DNA from: an uncultured Spirochaetota bacterium
GTDB lineage: Bacteria > Spirochaetota > Spirochaetia > SZUA-6 > Fen-1364
DNA: 64,000 bases
Direction: 5' to 3'
Assembly: GCA_963781885.1 (NCBI GenBank)
Contig: CAWAHW010000005.1
Coordinates: 32,001-96,000, forward strand
Part shown: in pieces, positions 1-10,291 of the stretch
Position numbering within the stretch: the first letter of the stretch is position 1
Layout: every line of letters starts with the position of its first letter
Translations under genes and position numbers: made by a program
The notes under the pieces: generated by a model
Told to the model about the DNA's origin: nothing
Databases searched by the model: none
The model's input: the letters and a program-made list of their open reading frames with translations, nothing else

Positions 1-32
1 TGTTTCGTGTCCGGGAGCAACGCTGCGCGCGA

Positions 33-320
33 TCAACCGTCCTCTGTCCGGTCGATGAGCGCGAAAGGCATGACCTTTCCTTCCGGCAGATCGGGAAGCT
101 CCTCGATAAGCTGCACGGTCTGGAAAGGGATCATCAGGTGATCCGCCCGGGCGAATGTCCTGCGAACCTCGTCCTCCAGCGGATTGATCACGAGCTTCTG
201 CTCGGTGGGGAAGACGAGATTCTTGATCGATACGAAATAGGGATGCGTAAGATCGAGGCTCCTTGCCATCAGCTCGATCTCTTTTTCTTTCCATTTGAAA
301 TGGACGCGGTAAATCGACAC
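33..320 (-). CDS. small conserved hypothetical protein, DUF1820-like
   Basis: 95 aa; IYRVHF...LVINPLEDEVRRTF...IPFQTV resembles the DUF1820 pattern; GGAG RBS and a minus-strand promoter upstream. Confidence 0.55.
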   Translation of the reverse strand: MSIYRVHFKWKEKEIELMARSLDLTHPYFVSIKNLVFPTEQKLVINPLEDEVRRTFARADHLMIPFQTVQLIEELPDLPEGKVMPFALIDRTEDG

Positions 321-340
321 GGCTGCAGTCTCCGGCCCGA

Positions 341-369
341 AGAATAGCCAGATCGCGCGGAAGTGTCAA
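341..369 (-). promoter_or_regulatory. sigma70-type promoter for the 33-320 gene
   Basis: minus strand TTGACA (369-364), 17 bp spacer, TATTCT (346-341); overlaps inverted repeat TGTCA-AATTA-TGACA. Confidence 0.6.
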
Positions 370-450
370 ATTATGACATTTACTATACAAAGGTGTGTTA
401 GTTCCGATAATAAGATACGGCATTTCGTACTTTTTCTGCCCCCATCGTGA

Positions 451-478
451 TTGACAACATCACTTTCAGAGGTATTAT
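451..478 (+). promoter_or_regulatory. sigma70-type promoter of the mraZ/dcw operon
   Basis: TTGACA (451-456), 16 bp spacer, TATTAT (473-478). Confidence 0.7.
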
Positions 479-490
479 GTGGCCCAGGAG

Positions 491-525
491 GTGGGAAAAA
501 GTGGGAGAGATTAGGGAAAAGTGGT
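491..525 (+). promoter_or_regulatory. MraZ-binding direct repeats
   Basis: GTGGG at 491 and 501, degenerate TTAGG at 511 and GTGGT at 521 (10-bp period), directly upstream of mraZ. Confidence 0.75.
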
Positions 526-535
526 GAAGTAGGCC

Positions 536-976
536 ATGATCACCGGAGAATTCCGCTGTTCGCTGGATGAAAAGGGGAGGCTGCTCATACCTGCCCGCAT
601 GAGGACGGAAGTGGCCGGCAACATGGTCGTCCTGACTCGTGGGGTTGAAAACTGCCTCTGGCTTTTCCCGCCCGAAGAGTGGAAATCCTTCTCCGAAAAG
701 CTCATCGGCTCGACCTCGCTGTTCCAGGAGGAATCGAGGCTCATCCAGCGCCGCATGATCGCCCCCGCACAGGAAAACGAGATCGACAAGGCGGGGAGGA
801 TCGTCGTCCCGCAGACGCTGCGGGAATACGCAGACCTGAAAAAGGACTGCATCATCCTTGGACTGCAGAAATACATGGAGATATGGTCCGAAGCCTCCTA
901 TGAAGCCTACCTCGATGCGAACGAGGCGAAGTTCAAGGAAGCGGCGGAAAAGCTCGGCGGGAGGATCACCCTGTGA
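536..976 (+). CDS. mraZ: division/cell wall cluster transcriptional repressor MraZ
   Basis: LDEKGRLLIP and IDKAGRIVVP duplicated motifs; first gene of dcw. Confidence 0.97.
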   Translation: MITGEFRCSLDEKGRLLIPARMRTEVAGNMVVLTRGVENCLWLFPPEEWKSFSEKLIGSTSLFQEESRLIQRRMIAPAQENEIDKAGRIVVPQTLREYADLKKDCIILGLQKYMEIWSEASYEAYLDANEAKFKEAAEKLGGRITL

Positions 977-1935
977 TCGTCCACCAGTCCGTGATGCCGC
1001 AAGAGGTGCTCGCCAATCTCGTGCCGCCGCAAACAGGGGGGCTTCTGATCGACGCCACGGTGGGTGAGGGCGGCCATGCCGAGGCCTTCCTCCAGCGTTA
1101 CCCGACGCTGACGCTGATCGGCCTCGATGCCGACGCTGCAATCCTGGACGTCGCACGTGAAAGGCTTTCCGCGTATGCCGACCGCACGCGTCTGGTCAAC
1201 GCGTGGTACGGCGCATTCCTTGCCGCCTATGACGTGCCGCCCGGCGTGGACCTGATCCTCATGGATCTGGGCATTTCCCGCTACCACTATGAAGCAAGCG
1301 GCCGCGGCTTTTCCTTCGATCGGGACGAAACGCTCGACATGAGGCTCGGGGCCGATCTACCCGTCACGGCCGCCGACCTCGTGAATGATTCCGCCCCCGC
1401 GGAGCTCGCCGACATCCTCTTCCGCTACGGGGAGGAGGGAAACGCGCACGCGATCGTCTCGCGCATCGTGCGGGAGCGGCGGAAGGCGCCCATCACGAGC
1501 GCGTCCCGTCTTGCGGCCATCGTGGCCGGCGCCGTGCCGGCGCAGTTCCGCCACCGCCGCACCCATCCCGCGACGCGCACGTTCCAGGCCCTCCGCATCG
1601 CCGTGAACAGGGAGCTGGAGCAGCTGGAAACCGGGCTCGCCGAGGCGGTGCGCATCCTCGCACCGGCCGGCAGGATCGGCGTCATCACCTTCCATTCCCT
1701 CGAGGACCGCATCGTAAAGCGCTTCTTCCGCGAAAAGAGCCGGGCATGTACCTGTCCGCCGGAATGGCCGATCTGTCAATGTGGGGGCAAAGCGGCACTC
1801 CGGCTCGTGACGGGCAAACCTCTCACCGCCGCGGAAGGGGAGGTTTCCCGCAATCCGGCCAGCCGCAGCGCGAAGCTGCGGGTGGCGGAGAAGCCGCGCG
1901 TCGTGCCCACCCCTGCGGCGGAGGAGGAAGCATGA
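973..1935 (+). CDS. rsmH: 16S rRNA m4C1402 methyltransferase RsmH
   Basis: DATVGEGGH, DLGIS, HPATRTFQALRIAVN, FHSLEDR, NPASRSAKLR. Confidence 0.97.
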   Translation: MIVHQSVMPQEVLANLVPPQTGGLLIDATVGEGGHAEAFLQRYPTLTLIGLDADAAILDVARERLSAYADRTRLVNAWYGAFLAAYDVPPGVDLILMDLGISRYHYEASGRGFSFDRDETLDMRLGADLPVTAADLVNDSAPAELADILFRYGEEGNAHAIVSRIVRERRKAPITSASRLAAIVAGAVPAQFRHRRTHPATRTFQALRIAVNRELEQLETGLAEAVRILAPAGRIGVITFHSLEDRIVKRFFREKSRACTCPPEWPICQCGGKAALRLVTGKPLTAAEGEVSRNPASRSAKLRVAEKPRVVPTPAAEEEA

Positions 1936-2225
1936 AGAAAAGGATCCTGACGGCCGTGCTCTGCCTGGCCGTGCCCGGGCTTTTCTTCCTCAATGCGTGG
2001 GAAGGCTATCGTTACAACGCCCTTGCCGACCAGATCGGGGGGTTGGAAAAGCAGCAGAAGGACCTCCTGGAGGCGAATCGCGACACGATAGGCCAGATCG
2101 CCTACGAGGGGTCGCCGGATCGCATCGCGGAGAAGGCCGCCGCTCTCGGCCTGGCTAAGCCCGACACCGCCGCGGTCACACGGCTTCAGGTGGAGCCCGC
2201 GCAGGCGGAGGGATCGACACCGTGA
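1932..2225 (+). CDS. ftsL: cell division protein FtsL-like
   Basis: ATG at 1932 overlaps rsmH stop; one TM followed by a coiled coil; position after rsmH. Confidence 0.8.
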   Translation: MKKRILTAVLCLAVPGLFFLNAWEGYRYNALADQIGGLEKQQKDLLEANRDTIGQIAYEGSPDRIAEKAAALGLAKPDTAAVTRLQVEPAQAEGSTP

Positions 2226-3646
2226 TGGCGACAGCCGCGGCCCGCGCACGATTCAGCTTTGCGACGCTCCTGGCTGCCACGCGCGGGCGCATCATCGCGC
2301 GCCCGGCCGGCTCCGTCGGTGTGACCTCGGTCACGAGCGATTCGCGCGCGGCTGCCGAGGGCAGCCTCTTCGTGGCCCTGACCGGCGAGCGTACCGACGG
2401 TCACCGCTACCTCGGCCAGGCGGCGGCCGCGGGCGCCACGGCGCTCCTGGTGTCCGACGCGCAGGCCGCCGCCCGCGCCGACGAGCTTGAGGCCATCGCG
2501 GCACGGCACGGCACCGGCATCATCGCCGTCGCCGACCCCCTCACGGGCCTGCAGGATCTTGCCCGCGCGCACATGCGGAGCATGCCGTCCGTCACGCGCA
2601 TCGCGGTGACCGGCTCCAACGGCAAGACGACGACGAAAGAAATCATCGGCGCGATACTCGGGAGGGTGGCGCCGACGGCGATGAACGAGGGGAACCTGAA
2701 CTCCGAGGTCGGTCTTCCCCTGGCCTGCTGCGCGGTGGCCGCCGATCACCGCTACGCGGTACTGGAAATGGGCATGAATCACGCGGGAGAGATGGACGTG
2801 CTGGTCGACATCGTGCGTCCCGACCTCGCCCTGATCACGAATATCGGGACCGCGCACATCGGGCTCCTGGGATCGCAGGACGCGATTGCGGCGGAAAAGA
2901 AAAAGGTCTTTGCGCGTTTCGACGGTCGACAGACCGGATTCCTCCCGGAGGGGGAGCGCTATCACGCGTTCCTGTCCGCGGGCGTCCGGGGTCGCATCGT
3001 CTCCTTTGGGCCGAAGAGCACCCCGGGATACGGGGGGAGCGAGAGCATGGGGCTGGGTGGAACGATCATCCACTGGGAGGGGTCCCTGGTCCGTTTCCCG
3101 CTCTTCGGTCCTCATAACCTCGCCAACGCGCTGGGAGCGATCTCAGTGGCGCGCGAGCTGGGCGTCCCGAACGCGGAGGTACGCGACGGTCTGGAATCCG
3201 TCACGCCGCTGTTCGGGCGGTCCCAGGTCATCGAAGGCCCCGTGACGGTGATCGCCGACTGCTACAACGCGAATCCGGACTCCATGGACCGGTCGCTCGA
3301 CTTCCTGGAGAGCCTGCCGTGGGCCGGCCGGAAGATCGCCGTCCTGGGCAGCATGCGCGAGCTGGGTGAACGGACCGATGCCGCGCACGAAGCGCTGGGA
3401 CGACGCCTCCGCGCGTCGCCGCTCGATGCGATCCTGCTCCTGGGTCCCGAGATGGAGCGGGCGTTGCAGGCATCCGAGGGAGCCACGGCGCACTGCCGGT
3501 GGTTCGCCTCCATCGACCCGCTGGCCTCCTATCTCACGCCGTTTATCCGGGAAGGAGACCTCGTGCTCCTGAAGGGTTCGCGCAGCCTCGAAATGGAAGG
3601 CCTGCTGCCGCTTTTCTCGACAGGGGAAGGCGGCGCGCGATGCTGA
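2222..3646 (+). CDS. murF: UDP-N-acetylmuramoyl-tripeptide--D-Ala-D-Ala ligase MurF
   Basis: DSR, VTGSNGKTTTKE, LEMGMNHAGE, DCYNANP, LKGSR. Confidence 0.95.
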   Translation: MMATAAARARFSFATLLAATRGRIIARPAGSVGVTSVTSDSRAAAEGSLFVALTGERTDGHRYLGQAAAAGATALLVSDAQAAARADELEAIAARHGTGIIAVADPLTGLQDLARAHMRSMPSVTRIAVTGSNGKTTTKEIIGAILGRVAPTAMNEGNLNSEVGLPLACCAVAADHRYAVLEMGMNHAGEMDVLVDIVRPDLALITNIGTAHIGLLGSQDAIAAEKKKVFARFDGRQTGFLPEGERYHAFLSAGVRGRIVSFGPKSTPGYGGSESMGLGGTIIHWEGSLVRFPLFGPHNLANALGAISVARELGVPNAEVRDGLESVTPLFGRSQVIEGPVTVIADCYNANPDSMDRSLDFLESLPWAGRKIAVLGSMRELGERTDAAHEALGRRLRASPLDAILLLGPEMERALQASEGATAHCRWFASIDPLASYLTPFIREGDLVLLKGSRSLEMEGLLPLFSTGEGGARC

Positions 3647-4713
3647 AGTTCCTCTTCGCCCTTCGCCCCCACCTTTCCTTTCTCAACATCTTCCAGTACA
3701 TCACGTTCCGCGCGGCCTACGCGGCGATCACCGCTCTCCTCATCTCCTTCCTCTTCGGCCCGGTGGTCATCGCGAAGCTGCGGGCGATGAAGACGGGCTG
3801 GACGGTGCGGGAGGATACGCCGAGCAGCCACCAGGCGAAGGCCGGCACGCCGACCATGGGCGGCGTCCTGATCATCATCTCCGTCGGCATCTCGCTTCTC
3901 CTCTGGGAGGATCCGTCGAGCATCTACACGTGGCTGCTTCTTTTCGCCACGCTGGGCTTCGGGGCCATCGGCTTTGCCGACGACTACCTGAAGATGTCTC
4001 CCCGCAAACGCGGCATCAGCGCCGGGGTGAAGTTCGGCGGCCAGATCGTCGTCTCCGCCATCATCGTCGTGATCCTCTTCATCCAGCGCACCGACACGAC
4101 GACCCAGCTCTACCTGCCCTTCCTGAAGCACCCGATCGTCGACCTGTCGTGGTTCTACATCCCCTTTGCCATCATCCTGATGGTCGGGTACTCCAACGCC
4201 GTGAATCTCACCGACGGCCTGGACGGTCTTGCCATCGGCCTGGTCATCATGGTGGGGCTCGCCCTCACGGTGCTCGCCTACCTCACCGGGCGCGTCGACT
4301 ATGCCGACTACCTGGCGATCCCCTTCGTGAAGGGGGGCAGCGAGATCGCCGTTTTCTGTCTGTCCGTGGTCGGCGCGTCGGTGGGCTTCCTCTGGTTCAA
4401 CGCGCACCCCGCGGACGTCTGGATGGGCGACACCGGCAGCCTCTCACTGGGCGGCGTGCTCGGCGTCGTGGCACTCATCCTCAAGAAGGAGGTCCTCATC
4501 CTGATCCTCGGCGGCGTCTTCGTCCTGGAGACCCTGTCCGTGACGATCCAGGTGATCTCCTTCAAGCTCACGGGCAAGCGCGTCTTCAAGATGGCGCCGC
4601 TCCACCACCACTTCGAGCTCAGCGGCTGGCCGGAGAGCAAGGTGGTGACGAGGTTGTGGATACTTGGCGGCCTGTTCGCGATCCTGGGTCTGTCGACCCT
4701 GAAGATCCAGTAG
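3640..4713 (+). CDS. mraY: phospho-MurNAc-pentapeptide transferase MraY
   Basis: KAGTPTMGG, NAVNLTDGLDGL, MGDTGS, MAPLHHHFE; start ATG at 3640. Confidence 0.97.
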   Translation: MLKFLFALRPHLSFLNIFQYITFRAAYAAITALLISFLFGPVVIAKLRAMKTGWTVREDTPSSHQAKAGTPTMGGVLIIISVGISLLLWEDPSSIYTWLLLFATLGFGAIGFADDYLKMSPRKRGISAGVKFGGQIVVSAIIVVILFIQRTDTTTQLYLPFLKHPIVDLSWFYIPFAIILMVGYSNAVNLTDGLDGLAIGLVIMVGLALTVLAYLTGRVDYADYLAIPFVKGGSEIAVFCLSVVGASVGFLWFNAHPADVWMGDTGSLSLGGVLGVVALILKKEVLILILGGVFVLETLSVTIQVISFKLTGKRVFKMAPLHHHFELSGWPESKVVTRLWILGGLFAILGLSTLKIQ

Positions 4714-4717
4714 CGGA

Positions 4718-4738
4718 GAATGCCACCAGGAGTGGCCG
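4718..4738 (+). repeat. single GAAT-footed hairpin (REP-like family)
   Basis: GAAT-GCCAC-CAGGA-GTGGC, a compensatory variant of GAAT-GCCGC-CAGGA-GCGGC in cheA. Confidence 0.6.
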
Positions 4739-4746
4739 GGGGAGAC

Positions 4747-5853
4747 ATGGAGCGAGTCGAAAAACAGCGCGGCGACATGATCCTGGTGATGCTCCTCATC
4801 GTCATCCTCGGTGTCGGGCTCGCGCTGCTTTTCTCCAGCTCATCGTCATTCTCCGACCGGGTCCGCGGGGACCCGCTGTACATCCTGAAAAGGCAGCTCC
4901 TCTGGGCGGCGCTCGGCGGGGTGGCCGCATTCGTGATCTCCCTCACGCCGCTTCCCTCCATCCGTCGATGGATCCCCCTGATCCTGTTCGGCACGCTCGC
5001 CGGTCTGCTCCTGCCTTTCCTGCCCGGTGTCGGCACGAGCATCCTGGGCTCGCGGCGGTGGATCAGCATGTTCGGCCAGTCCTTCCAGCCTTCCGAGCTC
5101 GTCAAGGTGAGCCTCATCCTCTATCTGGCATCCTATTTCGCGCGCCGGGAGACGGACCAGAGATCGACGATGAACACCCTGATCCCGCCCTTCATTGTGA
5201 CATGCGTCTTTGCCGGGATCATCCTTCTGCAGAACGACTATTCCACGGCGGCCTTTGTCCTGGTCATTGGATTCGCGATGCTCTTCATCGCGCGCGTGCC
5301 GGCCCTTCACCTTCTCCTCCTCACGGTCTTCACCGTGCCGCTGGGCTTCCTCCTGATCTTCACCCGCGAGCACCGCGTGCAGCGGCTCCTTGCATTCTTC
5401 GACCTCTCGTCCCACAGCGCCGACGCCGGCTACCAGCTCGTCACCGCGAAGGCCGCGCTGGTGAGCGGCGGTCTCTGGGGCCGCGGCCTGGGCCGCAGCG
5501 CCGCGAAGCTCGGGCCGCTGCCGATGTCGTATTCGGACTTCATCTATACGATCATCGGGGAAGAGACGGGCCTCGTCGGCGCGCTGTTCGTCGTCGTGCT
5601 CTTCGGCCTCCTTGCCTGGCGGGGATTCCGCATCACGCTGCGCGCCGACGACCGCTTCTCCTCCTACACGGCCTTCGGCATCACCGCCGCCATCAGCCTC
5701 CAGGCGCTGCTGAACATGGCGGTGGCCGTCGGGCTGGTCCCGACGACGGGCGTCACGCTTCCCTTCTTCTCCGCCGGCGGCTCGTCGCTCTTCGTCACGC
5801 TCGTGATGTGCGGTCTCCTCGTGAATCTTTCGCGGAGGGTTTCCGATGTCTAA
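4747..5853 (+). CDS. ftsW: SEDS peptidoglycan polymerase FtsW
   Basis: GSRRWI, FQPSELVK, SDFI, TGVTLPFFSAGGSS; multi-TM; GGAG RBS before ATG 4747. Confidence 0.95.
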   Translation: MERVEKQRGDMILVMLLIVILGVGLALLFSSSSSFSDRVRGDPLYILKRQLLWAALGGVAAFVISLTPLPSIRRWIPLILFGTLAGLLLPFLPGVGTSILGSRRWISMFGQSFQPSELVKVSLILYLASYFARRETDQRSTMNTLIPPFIVTCVFAGIILLQNDYSTAAFVLVIGFAMLFIARVPALHLLLLTVFTVPLGFLLIFTREHRVQRLLAFFDLSSHSADAGYQLVTAKAALVSGGLWGRGLGRSAAKLGPLPMSYSDFIYTIIGEETGLVGALFVVVLFGLLAWRGFRITLRADDRFSSYTAFGITAAISLQALLNMAVAVGLVPTTGVTLPFFSAGGSSLFVTLVMCGLLVNLSRRVSDV

Positions 5854-6672
5854 TGCCGCAACGCTGCGCGACGGCGCCCCGGGAAACGACGCGCCTCAGG
5901 CGGTACGGTGGGCGCGGCCGGTGCTCGTCGCCCTCATCGCGCTCTGCGCCCTCGTGCTCCTGGCGCGTTTCGTCGGCGAGCCGGCCATGCGCATCCGTCA
6001 CATCGTCGTGCACAGCGACGTGCAGCTGGCCGACGACCAGGTGCTCGCGCCTTTCGGGCATTCAGGGCGGCGAGCATTACTACAGCGTTTCCTCCACGGC
6101 CGTGCAGAAGAGGCTTGAATCGAGCCCGCTCGTGCGCGGCGCTTCCGTGGAGAAGGTCTTCCCGGACACGATCCGCATGACCGTGTGGGGCCGGCAGCCC
6201 GCCGCCGTGATTCTTGCCTCCGCGTCGGGCCGCAGCCTGCCCGGTGCTCGTCGACGATGAGGGGATCATCTTCAAGGTCGGCGCGACGAGCTCGGATCTG
6301 GACCTGCCCGTGGTCTCGGGTCTCACGGGGGGAAGCATGGCGCTCGGGGCGCAGCTTCCGGCCCCGTACCGCAAGCTGTTCGGGGACCTGCGCGCGGTGC
6401 GGGACAGGTCGCCGTCCCTCTACGGGCTCATCTCCGAGGTGCGCGTGGTGAGCCCCGGCTCCGACCCGGCCCAGGGCTTCGACCTGCTCGTGTACCTCAC
6501 GACCTCGACGGTGCCCGTGCGCACGCGCGGGAGCATCGACGAGAGCCTGCTGAAATACGCGCTCATGGTGCTGGACCTCTTGTCGCAGCAGGGCATCGTG
6601 GGCGATATTCAGGAGCTCGATTTTCGCGGTGGCGACGTCGTGTACAAGATGCGCAGCGGGGCGACGCCGTGA
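5846..6672 (+). CDS. ftsQ: cell division protein FtsQ/DivIB (two apparent 1-nt insertions, ~6050 and ~6241)
   Basis: TM, POTRA (VEKVFPDTIRM) and C-terminal LVDDEG...LPVVSG...ELDFR distributed over three frames; between ftsW and ftsA. Confidence 0.85.
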
Positions 6673-6674
6673 CG

Positions 6675-6768
6675 GCGCGGGGTACCGACGCCCGGGGAAA
6701 TGCGCGGGGTACCGACGCCGGGAAATGCGGAGTACCGACGCCGGGAAATGCGCGGGGTACCGACGCCG
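6675..6768 (+). repeat. tandem array of about four 23-27 bp hairpin units
   Basis: unit GAAATGCGCGGGGTACCGACGCCGG with small variants, between ftsQ stop and ftsA. Confidence 0.9.
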
Positions 6769-6786
6769 TGAGGGAGGGATAACGCC

Positions 6787-8025
6787 GTGGCGGCAGCCGA
6801 GGAATTGATCGTCGGGTTGGACATCGGCACGACAAAGGTCTGCGCCATCATCGGCGAGTACAACGAGACCGGGCAGCTGGAGATCATCGGCGTCGGCACG
6901 ACGCCGTCGCGCGGTCTGCGCCGCGGCGTGGTGATCAACATCGAGTCGACGGTGAAGTCGATCCAGAACGCCATCGAATCGGCGGAGCTCATGTCGGGCC
7001 GCGAGGTGCACGGCGTCTACACGGGTGTCGCCGGCGGCCACATCGAGGGGATCAACTCCCGCGGCGTCGTGGCGGTCACGGGCAAGGACCGCGAGATCAC
7101 GAAGGAGGACGTGGACCGGGTCATCGACGCGGCCAAGGCCATCGTCATCCCCATGGATCGCGAGGTCCTCCACGTCATCCCGCAGGAGTTCATCGTCGAC
7201 CAGCAGGGCGGTATCAAGAACCCCGTGGGCATGGTGGGCGTGCGCCTGGAGGCGGAGGCCCACATCATCACGGGCGCCGTCACCTCGGCGCAGAACATCG
7301 TGAAGTGCGTGAACCGCGCCGGTTTCAAGGTGAACGACATCGTGCTGGAGCCTCTTGCATCGTCGAAGGCCGTCCTGTCCGCCGACGAGCGCGAGCTGGG
7401 CGTCCTCCTCATCGACCTCGGCGGCGGCACGACCGACGTCCTTGTCCACCTCGAGGGAGCCCCGTACCACACGGAGGTCCTGTCCATCGGCGGGGAGCAG
7501 GTGACGAGCGATCTCTCCATCATGCTGAAGACGCCGCTGGAAGTGGCGGAGAAGATCAAGAAGGAAAAGGGCTGCTGCTACGTGCCCTCCGTCCTGGAAG
7601 ACGACCAGGTCGCCATTCCCGGCGTCGGGGGGAGGCCGCCGCGGAAGATCGCCCGGCGCGACATGGCGGAGATCATCCAGCCGCGCATGGCGGAGATACT
7701 CGGCATGGTGAAGGAGCAGATCGAGAAGAAGGGATACCTCCACCTCCTGGGCGGCGGCGTCGTCCTCACGGGCGGCGGGGCGCTCCTGGCGGGGGCGAGC
7801 GAGCTTGCATCGGAGATATTCGGCCTTCCCGCGCGCATCGGCTATCCCATGAAGCTGGGCGGGCTCGTGGAGGAGTACCACGACCCGATGTACTCAACCG
7901 GCGTCGGCCTGGTGATGTTCGGCGCCACCCTGGAGGGGACGGAGGGTTTCGACACGAGCTCCAGCGAGAGCACCTTCACGAGTGTCTGGGAGAGAATGAG
8001 GACCTGGTTTAAAGACTTTTTTTAA
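6787..8025 (+). CDS. ftsA: cell division protein FtsA
   Basis: GLDIGTTKV, LIDLGGGTT, GVVLTGGGA. Confidence 0.97.
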   Translation: MAAAEELIVGLDIGTTKVCAIIGEYNETGQLEIIGVGTTPSRGLRRGVVINIESTVKSIQNAIESAELMSGREVHGVYTGVAGGHIEGINSRGVVAVTGKDREITKEDVDRVIDAAKAIVIPMDREVLHVIPQEFIVDQQGGIKNPVGMVGVRLEAEAHIITGAVTSAQNIVKCVNRAGFKVNDIVLEPLASSKAVLSADERELGVLLIDLGGGTTDVLVHLEGAPYHTEVLSIGGEQVTSDLSIMLKTPLEVAEKIKKEKGCCYVPSVLEDDQVAIPGVGGRPPRKIARRDMAEIIQPRMAEILGMVKEQIEKKGYLHLLGGGVVLTGGGALLAGASELASEIFGLPARIGYPMKLGGLVEEYHDPMYSTGVGLVMFGATLEGTEGFDTSSSESTFTSVWERMRTWFKDFF

Positions 8026-8028
8026 AAC

Positions 8029-8059
8029 GAATCGGCTCCGGGGGCTCTGGCGGAAGCCG
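8029..8059 (+). repeat. GAAT-footed hairpin in the ftsA-ftsZ spacer
   Basis: GAAT-CGGCTCCG-loop-CGGAAGCCG, starting 3 nt after the ftsA stop. Confidence 0.45.
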
Positions 8060-8088
8060 TGCTCCTGAATTCATGCAGGGGAGGGGTC

Positions 8089-9249
8089 ATGAACATCGAG
8101 CTTTTCGAGAGCAGCGGCACGAGCCCGACGGTCATCAAGGTCGTCGGCGTCGGCGGAGGCGGCAGCAACGCCGTCAACCGCATGATCGCCATGGGGCTGA
8201 AGAACGTGTCCTTTGTCGCGATCAACACCGACCAGCAGGCTTTGCACAGCTCCAACGCGGAGACGCGCTTCGCCATCGGCACGAAGCTGACCGGCGGGCT
8301 TGGCGCGGGCGGCATCCCCGAGATCGGGGAGAAGGCGGCGCTGGAAGACCAGGACAGCGTGCAGAACCTCCTGAAGGGCGCCGACATGGTCTTCATCACC
8401 GCGGGCATGGGCGGCGGCACGGGAACCGGCGCGGCGCCCGTCGTGGCCCACGTCGCGCGCCAGATGGGCGCCCTCACCGTGGCGGTGGTGACGAAGCCAT
8501 TCGACTTCGAAGGCAAGCGCAAGATGCAGCTCGCCGAGGAAGGCATCGAGAAGCTGCGCGAGGAAGTGGACACGCTCATCACGATCCCCAACCAACATCT
8601 CCTGAAGATCGCGGAGAAGCGCACCCCCATCCGCGAGGCATTCTTCATGGCCGATGAAGTGCTGCGGCAGGGCGTGCAGGGAATCTCGGACCTCATCACT
8701 GAGCCCGGCGAGATCAACATCGATTTTGCCGACGTGCGCACGATCATGAAGGGCAAGGGCGACGCCCTCATGGGCATCGGCATCGGGTCGGGGGAGAACC
8801 GCGCCACCGACGCAGCGACGAACGCTATCAACAACCCGCTGCTGGAGGACGCGCACGTGGAGGGCGCCAAGGGCATCCTCGTGAACGTCACGGGCGGCTT
8901 CGATTTCTGCCTCTCCGAATACGAAGAGGTGCTGAAGATCATCACGGCGAACGCGGACAGCGACGCGCTCATCATTGCCGGCACGTCCATCGTCGAGGCG
9001 CTGAACGACCGGTTGCGCGTCACCGTGATCGCCACCGGCTTCAACGCGGCGAAGCCGCGCGCCGCCATGCCCGAGCCCGAGCGCGCGGACGCGGCGGAGA
9101 TCATCCCCTACGAGGAGTGGTCCACCATGGGCAAGACGGGAAGCCGCAAGAACGCGGAAGACTTCCTCCTGGGCCGCAACTCCCGCGAGGCCGATCTGAG
9201 CGTACCCACGGTGCTCCGGGAAAAGCGCATCGTGGGCCAGAAGGACTGA
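8089..9249 (+). CDS. ftsZ: cell division GTPase FtsZ
   Basis: [29 protein letters not shown]-terminal LSVPTVLR; start ATG 8089 after GGAGGGG. Confidence 0.98.
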   Translation: MNIELFESSGTSPTVIKVVGVGGGGSNAVNRMIAMGLKNVSFVAINTDQQALHSSNAETRFAIGTKLTGGLGAGGIPEIGEKAALEDQDSVQNLLKGADMVFITAGMGGGTGTGAAPVVAHVARQMGALTVAVVTKPFDFEGKRKMQLAEEGIEKLREEVDTLITIPNQHLLKIAEKRTPIREAFFMADEVLRQGVQGISDLITEPGEINIDFADVRTIMKGKGDALMGIGIGSGENRATDAATNAINNPLLEDAHVEGAKGILVNVTGGFDFCLSEYEEVLKIITANADSDALIIAGTSIVEALNDRLRVTVIATGFNAAKPRAAMPEPERADAAEIIPYEEWSTMGKTGSRKNAEDFLLGRNSREADLSVPTVLREKRIVGQKD

Positions 9250-9325
9250 CGGACGCCCCTCATGGACGCGCGCACCACGGATCCCTTCGCCCGCCCGACC
9301 CTGCCACCGGCCGACGGAGGATCTC

Positions 9326-10291
9326 GTGAACCTGTTCAGCGGCTACCTCGCCGCGGAAAGGCGCCTTTCGCCTTCCACTGTCTCCACCTATGCAGCGGAG
9401 GCGCGCGCATTCCTGCTGTACATGGAGACGAAAGCCGGGCACGTGGCCGCCGCCACTGCGACGGACGTGAGCGACTACCTTGCGGGCAGGCAGGTCACGA
9501 ACATCGATCCGCACACGCTGGCGAAGTGCGCCTCGGCCCTGCGTGCCTTCTACCGCTTTCTCGTCCTTGAAGGAAAGGTGACCGTCAACCCTGCCCGGCT
9601 GGTCGAGTCGCCGCGGGGGACCTTCAAGATTCCCCGCTATCTGGAGATCGAAAAGATCGACGCGCTGCTGGACGCGTGCGACCCTTCGCAGCCGCTGGGT
9701 CTGCGGGACAGGGCCCTCTTCGAGCTGATCTACTCCTGCGGCCTGCGCGTGAGCGAGGCAGTCGGGCTCACGCTGGACCGCGTCTCGCTCCCGGAAAGCG
9801 CGCTGCGCGTCATGGGCAAAGGCTCGCGCGAGCGGATGGTCCCCATGGGCGAGCGGGCGCGCAAGGCGCTGAGGCTTTACCTGCGGGAGGTGAGGCCGGA
9901 GCTGGCGGGGCGAAGGCCCATCGACGTCCTGTTTCTCGGCCGGAGCGGCAACGGGCTTTCGCGAAAAACCGTGTGGAAGATATTCAAGCGCCTGGCCCTG
10001 GCCGCCGGTCTCGAAGGAAAAGTGCATACGCTTCGTCACTCCTTCGCCACGCACCTCCTCCAGGGCGGCGCGGACCTTCGCTCGGTCCAGGAGCTCCTGG
10101 GCCACGCGGACATCAGCACGACGCAGATCTACACGCACGTGAGCCAGGACGTCCTGAAGCGGACGCACGAGGAGTTTCATCCGAGGGGCGGAGGCCCCGA
10201 GGGCGGCAGCCGTTTCGACAGAAACGGCGGGAGCGCGGAACGAGGCGGCTCCGCGGAGCAGCGCGAAGGCCAGGACGGTGACGCGACATGA
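9326..10291 (+). CDS. xerD: tyrosine recombinase XerD-like
   Basis: [45 protein letters not shown]; start could lie upstream (9262) if another indel is present. Confidence 0.85.
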   Translation: MNLFSGYLAAERRLSPSTVSTYAAEARAFLLYMETKAGHVAAATATDVSDYLAGRQVTNIDPHTLAKCASALRAFYRFLVLEGKVTVNPARLVESPRGTFKIPRYLEIEKIDALLDACDPSQPLGLRDRALFELIYSCGLRVSEAVGLTLDRVSLPESALRVMGKGSRERMVPMGERARKALRLYLREVRPELAGRRPIDVLFLGRSGNGLSRKTVWKIFKRLALAAGLEGKVHTLRHSFATHLLQGGADLRSVQELLGHADISTTQIYTHVSQDVLKRTHEEFHPRGGGPEGGSRFDRNGGSAERGGSAEQREGQDGDAT

